A stretch of 64,000 nt of DNA from Candidatus Nomurabacteria bacterium (GCA_020631855.1 JACKGU010000001.1:295601-359600), one strand, 5' to 3'. Shown: positions 22,165 to 30,459, numbered from the stretch's first letter. The notes: generated by a model from the sequence alone, not told the origin. Translations and numbers: made by a program.

Positions 22165-22578
22165 AATTTATTCCTAAAATATAAATAACTACTAACCGGG
22201 GATTGAGAATAAAAAACCCCCTGGTTTTACCCAAGAGGCTCAATACTAATGTATTGAAGGTGCCAGCCTTCTTCATACTTATTAACAGCTATAACGGGCA
22301 TTCCCGACTTGGCATTTCCTCCAAGCAGCTCCGTGATTGGAAAATTCACATCAAAGCTTTTTTAGTTTTTTTATACAAACAAACTCAATTATTTGTTAGT
22401 CTGTGTTCGTAAATATAACAATTAAGTGGTCGAGATTCAACCAGTAAATACTTTTTTTAGCAACGATTGATTGCTTTACAGGTCTGCAATCAACACTAAG
22501 AAATGATCCGGACGAAAAACCTGTTCAAACGGTAAGAGCTGGGGAAGAAGCGCAGAAACTTAAATGTTTAATCCCTAT
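22165..22578 (-). promoter_or_regulatory. Long (about 410 nt) structured 5' leader of serS; possible T-box-like attenuator, or an independent ncRNA
   Basis: Non-coding; intrinsic terminator at 22211-22237 (minus) about 47 nt before serS AUG, followed by UAGGA SD; minus-strand motif GAAGG-CUGGCACC-UUC (22271->22256) resembles T-box bulge UGGNACC with N=C matching tRNA-Ser G73. Confidence 0.3.
22211..22237 (-). terminator. Intrinsic terminator/attenuator hairpin upstream of serS (CUCUUGG-guaaaa-CCAGGGGG + UUUUUU, two G-U pairs)
   Basis: Read on minus strand: GAGCCTCTTGGGTAAAACCAGGGGGTTTTTTATTC. Confidence 0.45.
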
Positions 22579-24696
22579 CTATTTGGCTTGATTTTTGTAA
22601 ACATTGATCAAAAACTCTACATGTGCATCAAAACCCTCACCTAGTTGTTCAACACCATATAAAATCTCTTCACGATCAATTTTAGCCGCAAAAGCCCTAT
22701 CTTTAAATTTCTTCTTTACTGACGATACTTTCATGCCGTCGTAACCTTCGGGGCGCATCAATGCGTACGCATATAGAAATCCGGCCATCTCATCCACGGC
22801 AATAAGCGCAGAGGCCAGCCTGGTCTGAGGTTTTACATTGGTTCTCATGTGAGCATGAGCTGCAACTGCATGAATTAAACTCTCAGGATAGTTTCTCTCT
22901 TTAAACCATTCTAATGATTTTGCAGGATGCTCATCAGGGTATTCAAAATAATCAAGGTCATGTAATAAACCTGTGATATACCAGAGTTCGCGATCTTCAT
23001 TGAATTTTTCAGCATATGCTTCAAGACCGCGGGCGATCATAAGAGCATGCTGTATTTGATAGCTGTCCTTGACATGGTCCCGTAAAAGCGCCTCCGCCTC
23101 CTTTCTAGAAGGTAGAAATCCCTCGGAGCTAATGTATAAACTCTCGTTTAAATCAGTTTTACTTAGAGAGTCTTCTACTAGAGGATCGCTCTTGGATAAC
23201 CCGTAGATTTCAGCGTTTGCATCGTCGTAAACATGCTTCAATTGAGGAAATGGAACTCCTTCCCTTGCTGTAACATCCTCTAAAAACCAAAAAACTCTTT
23301 CTGAATGACCATAACCAAATGTCGGCGGCATGCCGTATTCAAGCATTTCAACATAATCAATATCGAGCCACTGCGCTTCCGAATCACCGGAATCTCTCAT
23401 TGACTGCTGTTCCGAAAATCGTTCAAACTGATCCAAGCCACTATTTATTTCCGACCAGCCATTTCCGAGTTCGGAGCCGGCAATAATTGGCTGGAAACGC
23501 TCTGTTATTCTGGTATCTTTTGGGTTCGCCTTTGCTAACGGCGACAAATACTTAGGGTGATTAATTAAAAAGGCAGGCCCCCCAATAGTTCTACGTATTT
23601 CTTTCCAAAGAGCGTCCACTAATCGTGGCCGATTCTCTGTCTCTGCCTTTATTCCGGCTTTTTCGCAAGCTAGCTTTAAATCTTCAATACTTGAATTGTG
23701 TACGTCTACTCCATATCTCTGCTTCATGATGTCAGAGAAATCAATCCTTTCCCACTCTTTTTTGGAGAAATCAACTTCAAAACCCCTAATACTGAACTTC
23801 TTCTTATCTCCGTAAAGAGATTCAATCACGTAATTAAAAAGGTCTTGAATAAAATCCATACCTGATTGCCAATCAGCGTAAGCCCAATAAACCTCCATCG
23901 CCATGTGTTCGGGAAGATGCTCGTCGGATAAACCCTCATTTCTGAATCTTGGGCCTATTTCATAAACTTTTTCATAGCCCCCTCCAATTAATCTTTTCAA
24001 AAAAAGTTCATGGGAAATTCTAAGATAAAGAGTCTCATCGATGGAGTCCATATGAGTCACAAAAGGATTCGCGTCTGCCCCTCCGGGCACTGCTTCTAAA
24101 ACAGGAATATTAATCTCATAGAAACCCCTTTTTTCAAAAAACTCGCGATGAGCAGCCCAAAACTTAGAACGTCTAATGTATCTATCACGAACATCATCAT
24201 TTATCCTTGTATCTAGATATCTTTTACGCATTCTGGTCTCTCTGTCTTTAAGCCCATCGTGCTTGTCGGGCAATGGTCTAAGGGATTTGGCCAATATTCT
24301 TATGCTGTGGGGCTCTATAGACTGCTCGCCGCTATTTGTTATTACTAAAGCTCCCTTGCACTCTATATAATCTCCAATATCTAATAAATCCAGCTCAGAG
24401 TAGGATATTTCACTATTTTTGTGTTCAACTTTTTCAAGATTTTGTTCCTTAATATATACCTGAATTGTGCCTGAAAAATCTTTTATATCAAAAAATGTCA
24501 GCTTTCCATGTCTTCTCAACGACATGATCCAACCGGCTAAAATTACTTCCTTTCCCCCAAGTTTGCCAAAGCTGCTTATAACTTCAGAGATTAGGTGGGT
24601 CCTAAAAGACGTTGCCGGATAAGGATCAACGCCTAGATCTTGAAGATTTTTAAGTTTTTGTAATCTTACATCCCTTAGCTCTTTTAAAGTGGCCAT
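22579..24696 (-). CDS. lysS: Lysyl-tRNA synthetase (class II) fused to a C-terminal HD-domain (YqeK-like) phosphohydrolase, about 705 aa from MATLKEL
   Basis: Core LysRS (FRNEGLSDEHLPEHMAMEVYWAYADW; ...PPTFGYGHSERVFWFL...VPFPQLKH) ends about residue 510; extra about 215 aa has H...HD...H..H..D pattern (IQHALMIARG...GLLHDLDY...AVAAHAH...AVDEMAGF). Confidence 0.9.
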   Translation of the reverse strand: MATLKELRDVRLQKLKNLQDLGVDPYPATSFRTHLISEVISSFGKLGGKEVILAGWIMSLRRHGKLTFFDIKDFSGTIQVYIKEQNLEKVEHKNSEISYSELDLLDIGDYIECKGALVITNSGEQSIEPHSIRILAKSLRPLPDKHDGLKDRETRMRKRYLDTRINDDVRDRYIRRSKFWAAHREFFEKRGFYEINIPVLEAVPGGADANPFVTHMDSIDETLYLRISHELFLKRLIGGGYEKVYEIGPRFRNEGLSDEHLPEHMAMEVYWAYADWQSGMDFIQDLFNYVIESLYGDKKKFSIRGFEVDFSKKEWERIDFSDIMKQRYGVDVHNSSIEDLKLACEKAGIKAETENRPRLVDALWKEIRRTIGGPAFLINHPKYLSPLAKANPKDTRITERFQPIIAGSELGNGWSEINSGLDQFERFSEQQSMRDSGDSEAQWLDIDYVEMLEYGMPPTFGYGHSERVFWFLEDVTAREGVPFPQLKHVYDDANAEIYGLSKSDPLVEDSLSKTDLNESLYISSEGFLPSRKEAEALLRDHVKDSYQIQHALMIARGLEAYAEKFNEDRELWYITGLLHDLDYFEYPDEHPAKSLEWFKERNYPESLIHAVAAHAHMRTNVKPQTRLASALIAVDEMAGFLYAYALMRPEGYDGMKVSSVKKKFKDRAFAAKIDREEILYGVEQLGEGFDAHVEFLINVYKNQAK

Positions 24697-24907
24697 TATT
24701 TTATTTCCTAAACTGAATACGTACTTCGCAATTATAACAGAAAAGGGGCAGGTACAAAGCACCCAAAAATAGTGCTAAAACATTTTTACGGCCTAAATTT
24801 TTTTATTTGCTTTTATATTGCTAACCCGAACAAAATTCTTTTAGTACATGGCCTAACCTGCTTATACTAGCCACAAACAACAAAGAACTGTAAAATATCT
24901 GCAGAGT

Positions 24908-25873
24908 ATGAAAAAAATAACTGAAGCTACGATCGCTCAAGGCACTAGGGTTTTTGTGAGTACAGATATAGATGTACCTATAGATAATGGGCATATTAGA
25001 AATACTTTTAGACTCGACCGTGGCTTAGAAACTCTTAAGTACATAGTAGATAAAGGAGCAATCCCAGTAATTGGGGGCCATATAAAAAATCCTCAAGGAA
25101 AATACGATCCCCAGCTTAGTACAGCACCTCTTAAAAAGTATTATAATGAAAAATTAGGGGAGGGTTCTTACGAACTATTAGAAAATCTGCGTTTTGACAT
25201 TAGAGAAGATCAGAATGAGGATACCTACGCACAGGAACTGGCAAATAAAACAGAGGTCTTTGTAAACGAGAATTTTGCAACCTCACATCGAACAAATGCT
25301 TCTTTAGTTGCTATTACTAAATACTTACCTTCATTCGCGGGACTTAATTTGAGCAGAGAAATCGAAGCTTTGGATAAAATACTTATCGACTACAAAAAGC
25401 CTTTTACTGCAGTTATTGGCGGAGCGAAAGTTGAAAGCAAGGCACCTGTTATTGATTCGCTTTGCAACATAGCTGACAATATCCTGCTTGGTGGGAAAAT
25501 AGGCTTAAACTATTCTACGGATAATGCTAGGGTGAGCTCTCCGGCCGACTACGCAGACGGTAATCAAGATATCGGCCCGAAAACAATCCTAAACTATACA
25601 GGATACATACTGTCAGCCCAAACACTTTTATGGGCCGGGCCTATGGGAGCTTATGAAAAAGACGAATTCTGTATTGGTACAAATCTAATCGCAGATGCGA
25701 TAGTGGAAGCAACAAAAGGCGGCGCTTATAGCATAATAGGAGGCGGAGATACGATTACAGCTTATAGCAAGAACCACGCATTGGGAGAAGTAAGTTTTGT
25801 TTCAACAGGAGGAGGGGCCATGCTGACATATCTGGCGCATAAGAATATGCCCGGCATTGAGGCTTTAGGATAA
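24908..25873 (+). CDS. pgk: Phosphoglycerate kinase (short, 321 aa)
   Basis: LENLRF, NENFATSHRTNASL, GGGAMLTYL motifs. Confidence 0.88.
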   Translation: MKKITEATIAQGTRVFVSTDIDVPIDNGHIRNTFRLDRGLETLKYIVDKGAIPVIGGHIKNPQGKYDPQLSTAPLKKYYNEKLGEGSYELLENLRFDIREDQNEDTYAQELANKTEVFVNENFATSHRTNASLVAITKYLPSFAGLNLSREIEALDKILIDYKKPFTAVIGGAKVESKAPVIDSLCNIADNILLGGKIGLNYSTDNARVSSPADYADGNQDIGPKTILNYTGYILSAQTLLWAGPMGAYEKDEFCIGTNLIADAIVEATKGGAYSIIGGGDTITAYSKNHALGEVSFVSTGGGAMLTYLAHKNMPGIEALG

Positions 25874-25876
25874 ATT

Positions 25877-26179
25877 ATGGCAAAAAGTTTAAAAGTTCAG
25901 TTTCCGGAACGTTGCATAGGCTGCGAACTGTGCATCATGGAAATACAAAGACAGCTTAAAAAACACGGCCTCGAAGGTTCTCTGATTAGAGTTTTTAAAA
26001 GTGCCAAAGAAGGAAAAGAAATATGCGAGACTCTGGAATACTCAATAGATCTAGACCCGAGCATAAATTCATACGACATTGAACAAATTAGGAAAATTTG
26101 CCCAAAAAGTGTTTTTGTTGTGGCCGACATGACAGAAGAAGAGAACTACGAAGACGCTCTGCTGGAACAGAAAGATTAA
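25877..26179 (+). CDS. Small ferredoxin-like protein (CxxCxxC ... CP)
   Basis: ERCIGCELC then distal ICPKS; 100 aa; tightly packed between pgk and AOR-like gene. Confidence 0.5.
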   Translation: MAKSLKVQFPERCIGCELCIMEIQRQLKKHGLEGSLIRVFKSAKEGKEICETLEYSIDLDPSINSYDIEQIRKICPKSVFVVADMTEEENYEDALLEQKD

Positions 26180-26181
26180 AT

Positions 26182-27015
26182 ATGCATAAATCAGTCTTAT
26201 TTGTTAATTTAAAAAATAAAACATACGAGGTTAAAAAATTTGACGAACTCGCAAAATACATAGGAGGAGTTGCTGTTGGATTTAAACTTCTTCTTGATAA
26301 TATAGAGCACGATCCAATTATATTTTCTATCGGACCTTTGAACGGCGTGTTTCCTTTCGCATCAAAAACTTCTATCGTTCTGCATAACAATGGCGTAGTC
26401 GAAGACTTATATATCGGGGGTTCCCTAAGCTCCAGAATGGCCTTTTCCGGGGTTGACTCCATAGTATTTATAGAATCCGCAGAAGAGCCCACATACGTTG
26501 AAATAACGAATGAGGAAGTGTTCTTTAAACCAATAACAACTGATATAGATTCTTTAGGATTACCGGGGAAAAGATCAGTTTTAAAACCAATTAAAAATAA
26601 ATACTTTTTAGATGATTATTTTTTAACTCCGGAGTTATTTTTTGAAGAAAAGCTTGCAAAGAAAAATGTAGGAGGAATAGTGTTAACAGGAACAAAAACA
26701 CGTGAAATAAAAAATCCTGAAAAATATAAGGAACTTTTACACGAAATATTAGGTAAAAAGTCTTTAATGGAAATAGATGAGGGAGATAGCCCCTCTTGCA
26801 CATTTTGTCCAATGGGGTGCTCAAAGTCTCGTACCGGAGAAATTGGAGGAAACATATTGGTACACAGCATGGTGGGATGCAAGCTTAGCCAAAAAATATA
26901 CAGCGACGTGGGAACAATTTTTTCTTGCTTGAGTGTGTTGGGCTATTCCTACACACACGAAGATATTGAAGACCTGCCTCTTCTGGTAAAAGAGGTACTG
27001 GAAAAATTAAATTAA
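26182..27015 (+). CDS. Aldehyde:ferredoxin oxidoreductase (AOR)-family protein, truncated: N-terminal domain + [4Fe-4S] CxxCxxxC motif only (about 277 aa)
   Basis: MHKSVLFVNLKNKTYEVKKFDELAKYIGGVAVGFKLLL...IFSIGPLNG...ASKTSIV...FSGVDSIVFIESAEEPTYVEI aligns with P. furiosus AOR N-domain; CTFCPMGC matches AOR cluster motif CxxCPxGC; ends at tpiA start. Confidence 0.65.
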   Translation: MHKSVLFVNLKNKTYEVKKFDELAKYIGGVAVGFKLLLDNIEHDPIIFSIGPLNGVFPFASKTSIVLHNNGVVEDLYIGGSLSSRMAFSGVDSIVFIESAEEPTYVEITNEEVFFKPITTDIDSLGLPGKRSVLKPIKNKYFLDDYFLTPELFFEEKLAKKNVGGIVLTGTKTREIKNPEKYKELLHEILGKKSLMEIDEGDSPSCTFCPMGCSKSRTGEIGGNILVHSMVGCKLSQKIYSDVGTIFSCLSVLGYSYTHEDIEDLPLLVKEVLEKLN

Positions 27016-27671
27016 TGAAATATTTAGTAGCAAACTGGAAATCTAATATGACAGTCTCCGAGGTTATTGTCTGGCTAAAAGCTTGGGATAAACTAATAAA
27101 AAGCGCAGAGAGTAATGATGCGGTAAGAGTTTTAGTAGCCCCTTGTTTTATACATCTTCCATTATTTACCGGTCTGGAAAATATTTATTCTTGCGGGCAG
27201 GATGTCTCGGAGAACAGCGTAGGGCCTTATACCGGATACGTGAATGCTACACAGCTAAGGGAATTCGCTGATTACAGCATAGTCGGGCACAGCGAAAGAA
27301 ATGAAGACTCTGAAACAGTTGTCAAAAAGATTAATCAGTGTAGAAATAACGGAATTGAGGCCATTGCTTGTTTCACTCACACTGAAAATGCAACAGAGTA
27401 TTCAAAATTCACAAAGATCTTAGCTTGGGAGGACCCTGAAAATATATCAAAACAAGGAAAGTATGCAGAATTAAGGTATGGTGAAATAAATCACTCTATT
27501 GAAAAAATTTACTCTAATATTGAACCCGATACTGTGTTATTATACGGAGGCTCTGTTAACTCGAATAATATTAGCGAATTAACTAGAATTAAGAGTATAT
27601 CGGGGTTTTTAGTAGGAAACGCAAGTCTGGACGTGGCTCACTTTTATAAGCTATACTGCTCCATGATCTAG
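27015..27671 (+). CDS. tpiA: Triosephosphate isomerase
   Basis: VANWKSN, IVGHSERN motifs; 218 aa. Confidence 0.9.
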   Translation: MKYLVANWKSNMTVSEVIVWLKAWDKLIKSAESNDAVRVLVAPCFIHLPLFTGLENIYSCGQDVSENSVGPYTGYVNATQLREFADYSIVGHSERNEDSETVVKKINQCRNNGIEAIACFTHTENATEYSKFTKILAWEDPENISKQGKYAELRYGEINHSIEKIYSNIEPDTVLLYGGSVNSNNISELTRIKSISGFLVGNASLDVAHFYKLYCSMI

Positions 27672-27750
27672 TACAATAAAGTGTAAGAAGTTAAAATTAA
27701 CTTTCTAAAGAAGTCTTTTTAATAGTAGAGAGCTAAGAGAAAAATTTAAA

Positions 27751-28815
27751 ATGAAATACATTGATGCGCATAAAAAAATAAATACAATTACTAAACCTGT
27801 AGCTAAAAAAAACTCAAAAGGAAGCTTCAAGGGTATTGCTACACTGGCACTTATACTTCTAATCTTCGTTGCCGTCGGGGGAACAGTTTTACTTTTTAAA
27901 AGCAAGCTGAACCCCGTTTCAATTGTTGCAAGCGCAACAAAGGCAAATATCAAAGAAACTGACGGGAGAACAAACATTCTAGTTCTCGGAAGCGACAAGA
28001 GAGATAACGGCAATGCTGTCACGTCAGTATTGACCGACACCATACTGCTAGTCTCAATAGGAAGGGTCGAGCACGACGTACTACTACTTTCCATGCCCAG
28101 AGATCTGTATGTTGAAAATTCAAAGGGATACAGTACAAAAATTAACGCTGTGTATACTTTAGAGGGGCCGGAGGAACTCCAGTCTGTAGTTGAAGACGTT
28201 CTTGGTGTTCCAATTCATTACTATGCCGTAGTTGACTTTAATTTGTTTGTAAATGCCATAAACGTACTTGGCGGCATTGATGTTAATGTTCAAAATGCGT
28301 TCACAGACTACCAGTATCCTATTGAGGGTAAGGAGAACGCGCCTATTGAGGAAAGATACGAAACAATATCTTTTGCGGCCGGAAAACAACACATGGACGG
28401 AGAGACAGCATTGAAATTCGCGAGATCAAGAAAAGGCGACAATAACGAAGGTACTGATTTCGCAAGAGCAGCAAGACAACAGTTGGTGATTGAGGCAATT
28501 AAGGAAAAGGCCCTATCCTTAAAAACAGTTACAAACGCTTCAAAGATTAAAGAGTTATACGACCTATACGCAGAAGGAATAGATACAAACCTGGGGTTTG
28601 CTGACGTCCAGGGCTTCTACCTATTGTCACAACAAATCAACTTTGACAGCATCAGATCTATTGTTCTCGACGACAGGAGCGAGGCAGATAAAGGTGGTCT
28701 ACTTTATGCTCCAATCGATACGGCCCTTTACGGCAATCAATATGTTCTCATTCCGCAGTCCGGAGACTATAGCCAAATACATGCATATGTTCAAAGATAT
28801 CTCTTTGGAGAATAA
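27751..28815 (+). CDS. LytR-CpsA-Psr (LCP) family cell-wall polymer transferase
   Basis: N-terminal TM; LVLGSDKRD...TDTILLVSI; GETALKFARSRKGDN...ARQQLVIEAIKEK typical LCP. Confidence 0.85.
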   Translation: MKYIDAHKKINTITKPVAKKNSKGSFKGIATLALILLIFVAVGGTVLLFKSKLNPVSIVASATKANIKETDGRTNILVLGSDKRDNGNAVTSVLTDTILLVSIGRVEHDVLLLSMPRDLYVENSKGYSTKINAVYTLEGPEELQSVVEDVLGVPIHYYAVVDFNLFVNAINVLGGIDVNVQNAFTDYQYPIEGKENAPIEERYETISFAAGKQHMDGETALKFARSRKGDNNEGTDFARAARQQLVIEAIKEKALSLKTVTNASKIKELYDLYAEGIDTNLGFADVQGFYLLSQQINFDSIRSIVLDDRSEADKGGLLYAPIDTALYGNQYVLIPQSGDYSQIHAYVQRYLFGE

Positions 28816-28817
28816 AA

Positions 28818-29456
28818 ATGATCGTTTTAGTTCACGGTAATAACTCTGTAAACAAAGCCGATGTAGTTTTTAAACTTAGTGAAAAAATCTCAACCCCAAG
28901 AAAATATCTTTCAATTGACGAGAATTCACCAACAGATGTTCTAACTGCAACAGCGACTAATAATATGTTTACCGGTGCACCAATTGTAATTCTGGATCTG
29001 GGTTCAAATACAAAAAGCGATGCAAAGAGTTTCCTAGATATTTTCCCGCGAGTACCTGCAAAAAGTTTGCTAATTTTATTGGCACAAAAAGAACTTCCTA
29101 AGTCAAATCAATTCCTTCAGCACGCACAGCAACAAGGCTATAAAATAATACTTAGCAACACTACTCCCACAGCAAACATTTTTTCTTTTGTCAGCTCCCT
29201 ATACTCAAAAAATAGAAAGAAAACATATAGAGAATACGAGACTTTAATAGCAGAAGGTGCTGATCCTTTTTACATTCTTTCTATGGTAATGTTCGGCGCG
29301 AGAAAGCAAGCAAAAGCTGTGAATGGGGATAAAATAGATGAAAAAACACTATCTTTATATAAATATATCTTCGAGACCGACCTAAAAACAAAAACCGGCA
29401 AAATTCCTGTTGACGTTGCTCTTCCTTTGATCATAGAAAAAGTGCTAACATCTTAG
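28818..29456 (+). CDS. Hypothetical; possible short DNA polymerase III delta subunit (HolA-like)
   Basis: MIVLVHGNNSVNKADVV ... MFTGAPIVILDL resembles HolA N-terminal pattern (YLLYGED...LF..rlvvv); weak. Confidence 0.3.
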   Translation: MIVLVHGNNSVNKADVVFKLSEKISTPRKYLSIDENSPTDVLTATATNNMFTGAPIVILDLGSNTKSDAKSFLDIFPRVPAKSLLILLAQKELPKSNQFLQHAQQQGYKIILSNTTPTANIFSFVSSLYSKNRKKTYREYETLIAEGADPFYILSMVMFGARKQAKAVNGDKIDEKTLSLYKYIFETDLKTKTGKIPVDVALPLIIEKVLTS

Positions 29457-29459
29457 TGC

Positions 29460-30215
29460 ATGGGAAAATTTAAAAAGAAGGTTTACCACAAAAAATATAC
29501 TAATGATCAGATCTATAACAACGTAAATCTGGGATTTACCTTAAAAAGCTCTGCGGTCCCACTTGTACTTACAGTTACGGCATGCGCCATATTTGCAACC
29601 CAAGTACTTTACCCGCTTATAAATTTTACGACCCAAGATCTTACGTCCGTCGCCGCTCAACACACAGCTTTAGCAAAAATATCAGGTTTTCGCGAGTTTC
29701 AATACTCAGAGTTACAAAGAAATGTACTAGGCTCAACAAATAATAGCGAACAGGTACAGGAGAAGTTTTATATTTCGATTCCAAAACTTAATATTGAAAA
29801 CGCTGAGGTAGAGACAAACTCTTCGAACCTAAATCCTGAAACCGCTCTTGGCCATTATCTGGGCTCAGCCTTACCGGGGCAAAATGGCACAGCGTTTGTG
29901 TACGGACACTCTGTGCTGCCTTTCTTTTACAACCCAAAAAACTATAAAACTATATTTTCAACCCTGGGAGATCTAGAAAAAGGAGATTTGATATATGTCA
30001 TATACGGCAATAGATCTTATACATACGAGGTAGAAGGGCAGAGAGAGCTTAAACCGGAAGAGGTTAATCCTATTGAGAACATAAAACCTGAATATCTACG
30101 AAAATCGTCCTTAGTTCTTATGACCTGCTCACCGCCGGGAACAAAGCTTAAAAGGCTACTTATAGACTCTGTTCTAATAAACACATCGATAATACAACAG
30201 AATTCAATAGAATAG
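29460..30215 (+). CDS. Sortase family transpeptidase
   Basis: N-terminal TM anchor; VYGHSV (His), LVLMTCSPPGT (TLxTC Cys motif). Confidence 0.78.
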   Translation: MGKFKKKVYHKKYTNDQIYNNVNLGFTLKSSAVPLVLTVTACAIFATQVLYPLINFTTQDLTSVAAQHTALAKISGFREFQYSELQRNVLGSTNNSEQVQEKFYISIPKLNIENAEVETNSSNLNPETALGHYLGSALPGQNGTAFVYGHSVLPFFYNPKNYKTIFSTLGDLEKGDLIYVIYGNRSYTYEVEGQRELKPEEVNPIENIKPEYLRKSSLVLMTCSPPGTKLKRLLIDSVLINTSIIQQNSIE

Positions 30216-30261
30216 TGTTATTTACTGACAATAGCAGATTTAATGAGCCAGGTCTTAAAAT

Positions 30262-30380
30262 CATCCGCCACCAGCTTACGCGGGTGGTTTGCTGTAATTT
30301 CTTTGCGTTGCAAACCCAACATGTTGGGTAAACTATACCTACTAGCTTAAGCAAGTAGTTTTAAGTAATGAGATTATAAA
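30262..30380. repeat. Copy B of about 117-nt structured intergenic repeat
   Basis: Aligned by eye to copies A and C (about 85-87% identity). Confidence 0.85.
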
Positions 30381-30392
30381 CAAGAATACAGA

Positions 30393-30413
30393 AATACGCC
30401 TCATGGGCGTATT
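30393..30413 (-). terminator. Candidate terminator for minus-strand gene 30460-31074 (AATACGCC-tcatg-GGCGTATT then U-rich)
   Basis: 8-bp stem read directly; followed on minus strand by TCTGTATTCTTGTTTATAAT. Confidence 0.35.
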
Positions 30414-30459
30414 CCTAAAATGTTCTATAATTATAGTGCTCTGGGCTCAACGCAGATAC

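Noticed and set aside
22165-22578. Possible RNase P RNA / tmRNA / SRP RNA in the lysS-serS gap
   Set aside because: - Only a short 'CGGTAAGAGC' resemblance to the RNase P P-RNA region.
- No GGAAAGTCCGGGC-type P4 strand.
- No tRNA-like GGTTCGAATCC/ACCA end.
- No ALAA-type tag ORF.
- A cis-acting serS leader is the more parsimonious explanation.
24697-24907. oriC / DnaA boxes in the lysS|pgk divergent spacer
   Set aside because: No TTATCCACA-like boxes (only a poor 'TTATACTAGCCACA'); no dnaA nearby.
26098-26181. Annotated 5' extension of the AOR-like ORF (MPKKCFCCGRHDRRRELRRR...)
   Set aside because: It overlaps the ferredoxin-like gene in another frame. Homology to the AOR N-domain begins at the internal ATG 26182 (MHKSVLFVNL...), so the extension is spurious.
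30160-30354. 64-aa minus-strand ORF (and sibling 32632-32892, 86 aa) sharing a 'V.PTCW' peptide
   Set aside because: Both simply translate the reverse strand of the intergenic repeat family; the shared peptide is a by-product of DNA repeat identity, not a protein family.
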